A stretch of DNA of 34,966 nt, taken from NCBI GenBank assembly GCA_024704765.1, contig JAKMXF010000302.1, positions 560,115-595,080 of the forward strand, given 5' to 3'. Shown one piece after another: positions 11,052 through 22,439 of the stretch. The translations under genes were made by a program, and so were the position numbers. Below the pieces are notes generated by a model. That model saw only the letters and a list, made by a program, of their open reading frames with translations, was not told where the DNA came from and made no database searches. Within the stretch, counting starts at the first letter, position 1. Each line of letters opens with the position of its first letter. The DNA comes from Oopsacas minuta (Eukaryota; Animalia; Porifera).

Positions 11052-11308
11052 GATTTAATTATCATTCATAAGGGTTGCTGTATCTAATCATTGAATGTGT
11101 CATTTATTAATAAGTCATTCACTCAAGTTAATTGTATTAACTACGTATGTAGCTATTTTCAAATTCCTATGTCACATCTAGTTGCTACGCTAGCAAGGGG
11201 CGATTTATTTAATTTTGCCTATAGACACCTGAAGAACAGCCCAGGCCATGCTCTATATTATTTCCAAGTAATACAAAATCTTCTTTCATTCCAATAGACC
11301 CTTCACTA

Positions 11309-12166
11309 ATGCATATTAGTGAACGTGAAGATTCCATTACACTAGATGGTACTTTGTTCCTCAAAAGATTCTATAGTAATATTCGAAATTGTAATCACAT
11401 GTATTTATCAGTAATTGGCAATCATAATGGAATTCGGAAATTCTCGTCCACCAGTAGTGTTTTTATCGATTCAAATACAGTGACACAACCAAATATGAAG
11501 CATACCCTAAAGTCAGTAGCGTTAGCAGTGCATAATTTACTCATATTCGATTCTAAAAATCAACAACCTCGTAACGACGATGTTTTTGATGAGGGTTTAC
11601 ACCCAATTTCAAGTCACGATGCAATTTGTTCCGATAGCTGCCTTATTCCAGAAGCTAAGACCATTTATAAATTCACGAAGCATCTTTTTCATTCAGCACA
11701 GTTGACAGCAGAATGTGTAATTATTTCTCTTATCTATCTGGAGCGCCTTCTTATATCCGCAGAGATTGATATATCAGTTTGTAATTGGAAACGAATATTG
11801 TTTGGATCAATCTTGTTAGCTTCGAAAGTATGGAATGATCAAGCTGTGTGGAATGTTGATTATTGTAATATTATGCAACAATTGCAGATTGATGATCTCA
11901 ATCAATTAGAAAGATCCTTTTTAAAACTATTACAATTCGAGATTAATGTCCCTTCAAGTGTATTCGCTAAATATTATTTCGATTTGCGGACTTTCGCTGT
12001 GTTTAACAACATTTCACTCCCTCTGGAACCTTTGAATAAGCAGAAAGCTGCGCAATTAGAAGCAATGCCTACCCATTGTGATCCTGATATCAACATTTCT
12101 CCACTTATTATGCGTTCTAATAGTGTAGAGCAAATTTTTCCCCAAACCCCCTTTGTTTTAAACTGA
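11309..12166 (+). CDS. CCNY: Cyclin-Y family protein (probably lacking an upstream exon)
   Basis: HISERE, RKFSSTSSVFID..TVTQPNMKHTLKSVALA, DVFDEGLHP, SAQLTAECVIISLIYLERLL, NWKRILFGSILLASKVWNDQAVWNVDYC, LERSFLKLLQFEINVPSSVFAKYYFDLR and PLEPL all match cyclin Y motifs. An AG acceptor lies at 11296-11297. Confidence 0.95.
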   Translation: MHISEREDSITLDGTLFLKRFYSNIRNCNHMYLSVIGNHNGIRKFSSTSSVFIDSNTVTQPNMKHTLKSVALAVHNLLIFDSKNQQPRNDDVFDEGLHPISSHDAICSDSCLIPEAKTIYKFTKHLFHSAQLTAECVIISLIYLERLLISAEIDISVCNWKRILFGSILLASKVWNDQAVWNVDYCNIMQQLQIDDLNQLERSFLKLLQFEINVPSSVFAKYYFDLRTFAVFNNISLPLEPLNKQKAAQLEAMPTHCDPDINISPLIMRSNSVEQIFPQTPFVLN

Positions 12167-12570
12167 TATCTCGGTTTTATTTAATTGCTAATTCTCATTT
12201 CTATAATTTAATCATTCATTAAAAAATTGTTTCCATAAATTATTCTTAATATTCAAATAATGCTAGAGAATTCATTTTAATTTCTAGTAAGGTAATCGAG
12301 TATGTGAAAGTTAATTTTGATATTTTCAATTTTATATTTATAATATTTGAAAGATATTTATCTGATCCAGGATCCCATAATCAGTCGGGTCCAGTGCAAT
12401 GCGGCATTTTCTTGGGGGGGTAGGGGGGACTTGCCCCCTTGAAAAAACAAAAGTACATGACCCTGAGCTGCACTACCAGTCTGTCGGCTGGACATTTTTC
12501 TGCTTGAAATTGTTGTATATTATGACAGTAATTCGATCTTCCCTAAAGTTTCCATGTAGATATGAAATTC

Positions 12571-12805
12571 CCGTATTACCTCGAATATTCGCCCCCCCTG
12601 AGGGTCCTAAAAATATGTAACTACATACAGTGAATCATTATTCCCCTTTATTTTGGTCAATCTACAGTTTGTAAGGCTATATATACATATTGCATAAACA
12701 TAGGTATGATTATATAGAAATAATCGTGCTTACAAAAATCTAAATTTCCCTCTGAAGGGTGCTTGAAATTCATAATCGCCCCGGCGATTATTCGAGGTAA
12801 TACGA
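12571..12805. mobile_element. Degenerate Tc2/pogo-like MITE
   Basis: Inverted termini CGTATTACCTCGAATA(T/A)TCGCC at 12572 and at 12783-12804. The TA TSD is present only on the right. Confidence 0.55.
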
Positions 12806-12983
12806 TATGCAATCTTTACTTAATTGTATCAATTTTTGTGAATATTGTTATGAAAATACTCTAGTAGTGATAAATTCGGTGATTAGAACTTGCGGAAAGT
12901 TTCAAGTTGATATTAGTGATAAAAGTGTATATCTCGACTAAACTTTCGTATACGTACTATGATTGCGTCACAACTACATTTAG

Positions 12984-13863
12984 GTTATTCTCCCAGATTT
13001 CTGGGTTGTGAACACTTGCCATCTGTAATTCTATTCACTTATCCTCTTTCACTCAATTGCTCAGGTGACTCAGTTTCCGCCCCCCAATACTCTTGGAACA
13101 GAGACTTTATTCCTCTTAATGATGCTATTACTCAAGGGTAAATTGATGTTTCATTGTTTAGCTGTATTTTATTGATTAGTTTGGGTAGGTCTGACAACAA
13201 GATTACAAATATCAAATATCTTATCAGTGATAGGTTTTATAAGAAATTCATTGGACCACCCTGAATTTTATCAAAAATTAATTTTCGTTCATTCAGATAT
13301 TTCTCTACTTCTGCACCTGGTATTCTTGTGAAGAATTCTCTCTTTAAAGAAGATAGCGGAGATTACACTTGTATCGTTTCCAACTCTTTAGGTTTAATAC
13401 ACCAGAGTACTTACATCACCATACTAAGTAACTATTATTTGTATAGTTATGTTTATTAGTAAACATATCGATTATTTGTTTACCAAAATATCAATCAAGA
13501 ATAATTCTTATTCATTTAGATGATACTAGATTCATACATGAGCCTTCCTCTGGCTCTTTTGCACTAGCCCAAGATAACTATCTGGTATGTGAGGCTAGTG
13601 TAGATGAGGAACTCTCTCTATCGTTTAAGTGGCTAGTAGATGGAATCCTTTTTGCAGCTAAATATAATGCCTTATCCCCGCTAAATATATATATATATAT
13701 ACGTATATTCCTCATCAGACTAGCAACAGAGTGAGTTACGTATCTCCCCACCAAGGAACTTTACTCTTCAGAAACACCCAGGAGTTAGACACATGAGAGT
13801 ACCAGTGTATCGTAGAAACTATAGATGATAATTCCGTTGTAGCAAATAGATATCTCTATTCAA
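12984..13863 (+). pseudogene. Two tandem I-set immunoglobulin domains (contactin/L1-like cell-adhesion type); exons 12984-13137, 13297-13427, 13520-~13656, 13719-13863; premature TGA
   Basis: Reads SPRF...LNCSGDSVSAPQYSWNRD, EDSGDYTCIVSNSLG, LVCEASVDEELSLSFKWLVDG and GTLLFRNTQELDT*EYQC. Introns at the domain borders are phase 1. TGA is at 13794-13796, and there is no canonical GT donor at ~13657. Confidence 0.8.
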
Positions 13864-13968
13864 GTACTCAGTAAGAATCCCGAATGATCAATTTTTACTT
13901 GTATGGCATTGCAATGTTACTTTTGTTGGCTAAGCGAAACAAATACCAAGCTGCTGTAAATCTAAGTA

Positions 13969-14266
13969 CAGTGGACCCTCGCTGATCCGAACAGTAGAGA
14001 ATAAAGAATTTTTGGTTTAAAAATAATAATTTTCAATCGGTATAGTAATGTTTGGTTCAGATTAGCGAGGTTGATATTATATCTTACAGTAACATAATCT
14101 GATTTGTAATACATATTACTTATATTTATTCCTATAATTTTGAGTTGCATAATGATTATAATTCCCCATATAAATGTATTATTTTACTAATCCGAACAAA
14201 TTCGCTAATCGGAACAGATATTCCATGAATCAGAACACCTCTGTTCGGATTAGCGAGGGTCTACTG
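13969..14266. mobile_element. 298-bp pogo/Tigger-type MITE
   Basis: 26-bp TIRs CAGT(G/A)GACCCTCGCT(G/A)ATCCGAACAG with 2 mismatches, and TA TSD on both sides. Confidence 0.88.
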
Positions 14267-14687
14267 TAGTGCACTCTGAGTGAATCTGTATATTTTGATC
14301 GAATGATGAAAAGGCAAATTTTGATCAAAGCTCTACTAAAATGTCTCCAGTCAAACTTTGATCAAAAATTGTTGAATCTTGATCGAAAGTGAGAACTTTG
14401 ATAGAAAATGGAGAAAATAAATAAAAAAATCCAATGATCCGCCATTTTACTAAGATTTACAATAATCAATCCAACAAAACTCCATCCAATCATAAAATTG
14501 GCATAAATTCCACACTCTTGTCCTTTGGTAGCTAATAACGAACACAAATAAATACTCCCAGAGCCATAAGGTAGCGAAATAAATCCCTAATCCCCTACCA
14601 ATGGTACTCTTTCTAATTAATAAAATATAAAGTGCTAGCACGTCCTAGATTGAAATCAGTCGAGTCTGGTGCATTGTGCCATTACAT

Positions 14688-14728
14688 GGGGGCGGATACC
14701 GACAATTCGCACCACGACAATTCGCACC
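14688..14728. mobile_element. Possible solo Mutator-like terminus
   Basis: GGGGGCGGATAC followed by tandem CGACAATTCGCACC x2. The layout resembles the tandem-repeat TIR at 27340. Confidence 0.3.
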
Positions 14729-15204
14729 TAATTTGATTGGTCAATTTGATATGATATTCGTTAATTAATTTAATCTAAGTACACATAAATAATCAATTTT
14801 CTACTAATTATATCTGTACACGGAAAGTCTTAATTGGATAGATAATCCTAATTTTAGATGACATGATTCCATTTAATGATATGAATTCCAAAGATTGCTA
14901 TAGTAAGTATTAAGTAAACACACACGAAGTAAATACTCTTAGGGCTATACTTGGTAAAGAGGAATGTAGTAAACAGGATATAATCACCTGTGATATTTGC
15001 AATCCTCGGACATAAATAGAAAATGATCTAGGAAATTGAAAATACCGTTAATTTCTATATCTGAATAATCGCCGTGGTATTCTCGTGCATTATATACATA
15101 AGTGATCTGGCGCTTATTCAGGGAAATACTCTGGTTAACTTCAAAGTTATTTATCCATATTGATTGATTACACTTTGTAAATTAGGAAAGATAACATTAG
15201 CACT

Positions 15205-15585
15205 ATGGAACAAGATCTGGTACCAGAACAGCATACAGCTCCTGAAGCCTCACCTATTGACATAGATCCAGAGTATGACGCAATGGACATAGGGACAGGC
15301 AATGAGGTAATGGACTGGTAAGATGTACCAGTCCATTACTCAGTCCCTCATTCTACTCCTGCTCTATCTGAGATTTGGGAATATTTCCTGCAACAACAAA
15401 AGGAACAGATGACACAATCTATGGATCCACAACAACCTCACATTCCTGTAGCCACTACTTCCTTACATCAACAGTATAGCATTTATCATACATGCTATCC
15501 TCCTGTACACTACGATACTACTCCTCACGGTATTCGTCCCCAACCATTCCCTCTCTTTGCTAACTCCTTCCTTATTTTCGTATAA
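15205..15585 (+). pseudogene. 'MEQD' orphan ORF (38 codons, then TAA, then 88 more in-frame codons)
   Basis: MEQDLVPEQH...MDIDPEY..MDIG..MDW*DVPVHY...FLIFV*. Bases 15188-15423 are paralogous to 770-1005 and ~7340-7575. Confidence 0.45.
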
Positions 15586-15841
15586 TTAATATATTTTTAC
15601 TATTATGAAGTATTCAATTTTTGTATGTATTTTAATTCGCATACCTCAATCAATCTATTATTTGAATTATTTTTCGAGATTTCCTTTGAAGTTCTTCAAT
15701 TACGCAAACCAGTCAATTCAATATGCTCCCAAATCGTAAAACTATATTTATTATGAAACTAACGGTAAAGACGTACAGGTTACAGTCTTCATCATATGTG
15801 TATAAATATACTCATAAAAGAGGTGAAGAAAATTTGATATA

Positions 15842-17945
15842 CAGTAAACATTGGATTTAACGACACTCGTTTGGGCAGCAAAAAAGGTCGCTATATCCGA
15901 TTTGTCGCTAAATCCGAGGAAGCTTTATATATGCATTATATACCGGATGACACCCAAATTTATTCGTGTTATACGATGTAGTGTACTATGTTGTTGTATT
16001 ATCGTCATAATAGTGTCATGAATATGATTAGTTTGACTTGAAAAAGCTAGTTATTGAGGCCTGCTGCAATCAACTCAACTGACTTTCAGCCAAGAAGTTT
16101 TGAAGTTCGCTGACAGACTGAATCTGTTTCTCTGAGCATGGGAGGGTGTGCAAGAACTTCATAACAGTGTCAAGGCATGAGACAACAGTGTCGAATGACG
16201 GAACATGGATATTGAGGGGATATTCATTGTCGTCATTTTCGATATCAACATCGTCATCACTTGGAGGGTGTGCAGACTATTAAGGATGTCGTCAATTTCG
16301 AGACCATTTGCACCAGGTCAAATTGCAGCACCATCATCCAGACCAACAAAGTCCTCAAATGATAAGCCTTCCGAAACAAGCCCTGCTTCTTCAGCACTGC
16401 TCCAAATTGATGTGTCAGGTGCTGAGGTTTCTTCAGTGACAGGTAAATCCTTGAACCCAATATGCTGATAGCAATGCTTGATGGTTGTGGGGGTGACATT
16501 ATCCCAGGACATTTTTAGCCAGTCCAAGGCCTGGAGCAAGTCAAACTTGAACCCCGTTTCAGAATCAACTGCCAATAAACGCTTCCTAACAAGAAACTGG
16601 CGGTAGTGATGCTTGAGGGTCTTGATTATACCTGCGTCCATGGGCTGAGTCATAGACGTTGTGTTGGGTGGGAGAAAGAAAAGCTTGATATGGGACAAGT
16701 TAAGGTTCGGATGACCTGAGAAGTTGTCAAGAATCATGGTGATTTTCCTGTCATCAAATATCATAGAATTGTTCAACTTCCTTTGCAATTTCTCAAAAAT
16801 CTCACTTGTCATCCATGCGGTTCGATTGGCATCATACTCCACTGGAAGATTCAGGACGCCTCAGAAACAGTGGGGGCGCTTACTCTTTCCAATAACCAGT
16901 AGCGGAAACCTCTCCCCAAGCGCACTAGCTGCTACCAATACAGTGAGGCGTTCCTTGGAGCGCTTGCCTCCTTTGCACAAGTCTCCTCGGAAAGACAAAG
17001 TTCTGTCTGGTGTCATCTTCCAGAATAGCCCAGTCTCATCAGCATTGAAAATATCCTTGTCTTCAAACTCTTCTCTGATCAGTTTCAGCTGCGTTGATAT
17101 CCAGTTGTCAGCACCAGCGTGATCTGGTGATTGGCTCTCACCCGAGATTTGACCGCTGGTGATGTTATGGCGCTTCTTCCAACGATCTATCCAGTTCAGA
17201 TCAAGGAACACAGGTTCGAGGTAGCCAGGCACATTTCGTACTTTCAGTTTCTCCACGATGCATATCGACTTTTCTAGAAGAAAGGGACCGGCGACTGACT
17301 CATCTGGAGCTGTGCTCTTCAAATAACGAAACCACTCAAGCAGTGCAGTGTCTATCTCCGGGTATCGAGACAGCTTTGTGCTCTTCGAATCAAGATTTGA
17401 TGCACTTGCGATGGAAGTTTCAATTATCGCCCGATCTTTCAAGAAGCCGGCTAGGGTCCCATGTGAAATGCCATGTTTCTGCTCCAAGAATGGTCGCTTA
17501 GCTCCTGCATCAAGCTCCTTCAAAATTTTGTATTTTTCAGCAAAAGAAAAGCGCTTCCTTTTGCCAAGTCCGCTCGAATCCATAACGATTAAATCTTCAC
17601 ATTACATTGTACGTACAATAGCTTTTAACAAGCGTTTTCTTAAGAAGCCAGGTGCTGATGATTCAAAAGGAGATTTTAATTTTTTTATAATTAAATCAAT
17701 TATTAGAACCTTAACAATTCACTAGTACACTTTTCTTAAGTCCACAGTATAGACAACCCAAAAGTCGTAATATTCAATTGGATTTGCATGGAGCAGGCAT
17801 AGAAAATATGTCGCTAAATTCAATGTGTCGTTATCTGACAGGTCGTTATACCCGAGGTGTGGTGTGTGTAGAATAATGCTGCGAGATTCTGGGCAAGCAA
17901 AATGAATCCTTATAAGCGATTTGTCGTTAAATCCAATGTTTACTG
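15842..17945 (-). mobile_element. Full-length Tigger/pogo DNA transposon (2104 bp)
   Basis: Perfect 24-bp TIRs CAGTAAACATTGGATTTAACGACA, TA TSD at both ends, and an internal transposase. Confidence 0.95.
16028..17583 (-). pseudogene. Tigger/pogo (CENP-B-like HTH + DDE_1) transposase, disrupted
   Basis: Shows an N-terminal HTH, WIDRWKKRHNI, IFNADETGLFW, ILDNFSGH, FLPPNTTSMTQPMDAGII and a C-terminal QASITSFF. In-frame TGA codons lie at 16861-16863 and 16318-16320, with further frameshifts downstream. Confidence 0.92.
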
Positions 17946-18228
17946 TAATTGGAGGATCCTATACAGTACATAGCCAATGGATAATATCAATTTTTCTAAT
18001 CCTTTGTATATTCACAATGTATAAGAATTGGAATTTTGTATACACCCATAAGTTCCGAAATTCTCATTAATAATAATAATAATTACAAATTACCTAATTT
18101 TATTCATTCCTCTTTCTTACTGATTTCTTCCCTAATTTATATTTAACGATCGTGTTGTCTTCCCCAATAATTAGCACTCATTTATTTCTTTTCTTGAATG
18201 TCACAAGTGTGGATGAAGGAAAGAGTAC

Positions 18229-18630
18229 GAACACCAGGTGTAGGATTCCAATGAGGAGACCAATTGGATGAACTCCCCTCCAGAATTCCCTTGAGCAGGA
18301 AATAGACGGAGTCTAGCTCTAATTAGTTCACATGTGATTTTGCTGGTGATTTTAGTGCTTATTTATTGGAGCATGAAAAGGATCTTTATTGGGATACGGA
18401 CTGTTCGGTACGTAGACATTTGGTTATGTTATTAAGATGTATAGTAGAAACTGTTAAATATTGACTGTTAATGCTGGATTAATGAATGGGAAATATTGAA
18501 ACAAAATGATAAGTAATGATAAGGAGAGTGTGCACTAGTTTTATGCTCGTTTAGGCCAATTCTATGTGCCACTCTAACGTATATACTCCATGGCTAGTCT
18601 ATGAAAGTATCCGGATATCCGATTATTAAG
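18229..18630. repeat. Dispersed repeat 'G', copy 2
   Basis: Direct copy of 6621-7025. Confidence 0.9.
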
Positions 18631-18702
18631 TCCTTCTTCATTAGTTTTATCCTTTTGTCGTTTTGGAGGCTTTTCTCCATCAATAAATTTGGTCTGTTTT
18701 AC

Positions 18703-18830
18703 TTATAAAAGTTTTTGTTCTCGCTTCAATGCAATGATGAAGCGCCAAATGTTGGAATGGCAACATCCGATGGTAGCATTGTATGAGCGATGCCAAGCCT
18801 CTACTGTGTTAGTAGTCCTGGGAATTCCCT
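18703..18830 (-). mobile_element. MULE transposase C-terminal fragment
   Basis: IPRTTNTVEAWHRSYNATIGCCHSNIWRFIIALKREQ parallels ARTNNSIEGWHNAFKSMIVGSHPSFCKLSMFLQREQ of the MULE at 27774-28301. Confidence 0.8.
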
Positions 18831-19185
18831 GAGGAATTTCCTTTCTCTTAAGGCCAATCTTTATTTCCAAGCAGTTACCCAATTGCTTATCTGGCATGTA
18901 GGTGCTCATTAGTTCTCTTCACTATTGTCAACCCCCTTAGTCTGTAATCTTGGTTTACACTGAAAATTTGGAAGGTACCTGTAGTCGACCATCCGATAAA
19001 CTATACTATTATTTGTATAATTAGCAATGACCACACCTCGTGGACTCCCACCTGATTACAATTCAGCATTATCGATGATGAGAGTTAATGCGGACCATAG
19101 AGCCCTACACAGAGAAAACTCTGAATTACGACTCAATTTGGGATGGATGACCAGTAAGTCTAAGCATTATTTTGATGGATTCTAT
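18781..19185. repeat. Left arm of ~410-bp inverted repeat pair
   Basis: Reverse complement of 24446-24856, with scattered substitutions and small indels. Confidence 0.9.
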
Positions 19186-20536
19186 TTTGACATTTTGCAC
19201 TAATATTTAGGACAGAGGAATATGTGGCAGGCTCGGGCGGAAAAAGCTGAAGAGGCCCAGTCCCACAACTGCCTCAAGGGCGTTCTATTTTCACTGGGCG
19301 TCCTTACGGTAGTTGTGGGCTGGGCCATAGCGAAATAATTCGCTACGGAGGCATGGGCGGAGGCAACAGGGCAGAGAGACCTTACGAAAGAAATATCGTG
19401 AGTTCCGTTTATATATACACAATTATGAATATCCTCTATGAATCCTGAGATTTGTATAACTAGTGAATATTGTATTTGAACTAACATAGTGATGTAGAGA
19501 CTCTTATTAGCAAATACTAAAATTTGTAATAACATCTGAGAAAACACATTTTTGAAGAGTGATAAGACGTTAATGACGTCACATAAGTGAATTCTGCAAC
19601 ATTTTCAAATATTTGTTAGATATATGAATAAAACATATTTTTAGGTGTTTACACATTATACATATATTAGTTCATTTCCATATAGATAAGCCTCTATATG
19701 TACCCCTCTGGAACCAGAATTAGCTTCTAATTTTCATTTTCAATTTTATTCATTCTTTTATTCAAATTTCCTTGCATCCATCTATCCAATTTGTTAGAGG
19801 TTTAATTTCTAAATCTTCAACACATCTTATGAAAGTTTCCGAATTTATTAGTTATGTAATAACAGAGTCTCAAACCCTTAAGGTCCTACGTTATCCATAG
19901 GGGTCATTTCAGATAATTGAAAGCCCATTTTTTACTCCAATATACCCCAATTTATCTAATCTACAATACTAATCTAATTTTATCTGAATTTCATTGAATT
20001 CATTGTTATTCGTATTTTTTCCAGATTGCTGATGCATTGTGCTAATACTATTTGAGCGAACAACGCTTGATTTCAATACAATCCAACACTGATACGGTTC
20101 AAAACAGACAATTCATGCCTAGATGATCAAGTACTTCCTCCTCTCTTAAAACCGATGTAGCACACCTCCTCTTAAGTTCTCCCCCAATTTTGAAAGTACA
20201 GATTCACCACCACGAATCGCTCCTATTGGGAAGTCATGCGTGATCGAATCCCTCACAGCAATTCGTTACCACAGTCTCTTTTCTATTTTCTTATTCAGAC
20301 ATTCTTAGTTGCAGGTTTTATTTTATGCATTCTAGCTAGTAAGAACCTTGAGTTCAATTTTGTTCTTATATTTGTGTTCTTGGTGCAGCTCCTGTAGGGA
20401 GGTATTTGTGTTACCGTAGGACAGCTGGTCACTGCCACTCCTACGTATTATTTTACCGGGATACGCTGGGCTGCCGGGATATGACATATTAGTTATAGTA
20501 TTAGTCTGATCAAAATTTAAATATATCTTAGCCTCA

Positions 20537-22357
20537 ATGATGATTCAAAATTTTTTGAATTACTATTCTCCGCTCAGTGAATGCAGAAGGTTACAAAAAA
20601 AGCAATTCAACGTGTTGTACCAAACTCTCAGGGATATGGGGAATGTATTTGATGAAGATCTGAAGAATCTTTCTAGGATTTTCTCTGATGCTGTCTTACC
20701 AGGCCAAATGAATTCAAAACTAGATTATCTACGTGTTTGCTCTACTTACCTCTCAGGTATTGAGCTAAGCTTCACAGAAGAATGGAGCGAATCGAATATG
20801 GACAATCCTTCTGTTCTTATAAATGGTCTCTGCTCCACTTGGCTGGCAGGGAGAAAACTCGTGACAGTCCAGCAAGAGCTACGCTCTATTATTATATTAT
20901 ATTGCCCTCGCGCTTATATGATGTCTATAAGGGAAATTGATGAGGTCTGGGACAAGTATTATACATCTTACGATCTAGAATTAGCAAATAGTTGTACTTC
21001 TACATCATCCTTGGTCCTTCCAAGCATTTCTAAAGATACTCTTGTCAACTGGAGTGATAGATGGATTGATGTCCTAATTGATAAACTTGATGAAGATGGG
21101 TTCTATTTGAATGAAGATACAGCATTTGACCCTCTTCTATTTATTGCTGTCAAACTACATTCTCTAGCTGGTAGACTCATGCTAAAGTGTAAAGATTTTG
21201 ATACCTGCTTTGCTCCACGCGTTACCCCAGCGTTAAATTCTATCCTTGTTAAATGTCCTGATATATTGTATAATTTCGATGCCATCAAAGAACTGGTCGC
21301 GAAAAAACCTATTTGTAACACCCTCCAGGATTGTTTACCCAGCTACGAACCTGATGAATTAGGCATAGATGTACTGAAAAAGAGAGGGAAAGAACTCCAG
21401 ACTCAACATGCTTCATTGTTTCTTTATCGAAAACTCAAAGATCAATACGATGAAATTTTCCTGATACCTTCTGAGGAAGATTTCAAAGAATCTATGTCTG
21501 ATGTCCAACAGGTCTGGGATTTGGCTATAACTGCCAAGCTATCTGATTATCTTGATCAGCTCAAATTCCTATCTATATGTGACAAGTTTCAATTCGAACT
21601 TAACAGGGCAAGAGATTTTCTCTCACAATATGAATTCAATCAATATCGAGAACACGAGATGATGATGAAACACAGAGAGGATATTCATAATTTCCTATTT
21701 TCAAGTCATTGGATTGACTCACGCCAGCAGGAACTGGGTGAACTATTCACCTACATGAGAAAGCGTATTAACACAATTAGCTTCCTGGATGAGGATGATA
21801 GCTTATATGGTGATGAGCTTTTACCTGATGAATTTGCTATCGAACTTCTCGTACTAATTGAATGTGATTTTGACAATTTGACAGCTCATCAAGAAACAGT
21901 TAGGGAATACTATGACCAAGGAATTGAACAGTGGGAGGAGTTTCTGCTGGGGGTGGAAGCCTTCAATATTATCCTCTCCAAGAAAAATTATCTTCTGACT
22001 GATGGTTTCAGGAAACTCCGAAGCGAATGCGCTGAGTTAGAAAATATCGCAGAAGCTCATGCGAGTTTACAACTATCAGGCGATGAGTTGTGTGACTTAT
22101 GTGATGAAGGATGTCAAGAGTTTATACAGAATAAACTCGAGCAAATAGCTGAACAGATTGAAGAGATGAGAATACAAGCAATTGAGGTACACCGTGAGTG
22201 GGACCCTCTCGTGATTGAAGATGTACTCGTAGATACTCAAGAGAGTATCGAACATGAACGTGAAGACTATATGAATGGTAAAACAGAAATATTAATGAAT
22301 TATTTGGCGTCTCTCTTACAACGAAACAGCTTCAATGACTTTATCTTAGTTAGCTGA
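20537..22357 (+). CDS. Intronless 606-aa acidic, predicted alpha-helical orphan protein
   Basis: An uninterrupted 1.8-kb ORF in AT-rich DNA, D/E/L-rich, with a CxxCxxxC near the C-terminus. I recognise no family. Confidence 0.75.
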   Translation: MMIQNFLNYYSPLSECRRLQKKQFNVLYQTLRDMGNVFDEDLKNLSRIFSDAVLPGQMNSKLDYLRVCSTYLSGIELSFTEEWSESNMDNPSVLINGLCSTWLAGRKLVTVQQELRSIIILYCPRAYMMSIREIDEVWDKYYTSYDLELANSCTSTSSLVLPSISKDTLVNWSDRWIDVLIDKLDEDGFYLNEDTAFDPLLFIAVKLHSLAGRLMLKCKDFDTCFAPRVTPALNSILVKCPDILYNFDAIKELVAKKPICNTLQDCLPSYEPDELGIDVLKKRGKELQTQHASLFLYRKLKDQYDEIFLIPSEEDFKESMSDVQQVWDLAITAKLSDYLDQLKFLSICDKFQFELNRARDFLSQYEFNQYREHEMMMKHREDIHNFLFSSHWIDSRQQELGELFTYMRKRINTISFLDEDDSLYGDELLPDEFAIELLVLIECDFDNLTAHQETVREYYDQGIEQWEEFLLGVEAFNIILSKKNYLLTDGFRKLRSECAELENIAEAHASLQLSGDELCDLCDEGCQEFIQNKLEQIAEQIEEMRIQAIEVHREWDPLVIEDVLVDTQESIEHEREDYMNGKTEILMNYLASLLQRNSFNDFILVS

Positions 22358-22365
22358 TGTATTAT

Positions 22366-22439
22366 TATTTCCCCTTTAGTTTAGAGTTAACTTGCTAGTT
22401 AGTATTTCCCCTTTAGTTTAGAGTTTACTTGCTAGTTAG
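22366..22439. repeat. 37-bp tandem duplication just after the ORF606 stop
   Basis: TATTTCCCCTTTAGTTTAGAGTT(A/T)ACTTGCTAGTTAG x2 with 1 mismatch. Confidence 0.9.

Noticed and set aside
16205-17725. Plus-strand ORFs 16205-16468, 16724-17122 and 17348-17725
   Set aside because: They are antisense shadows of the Tigger transposase.
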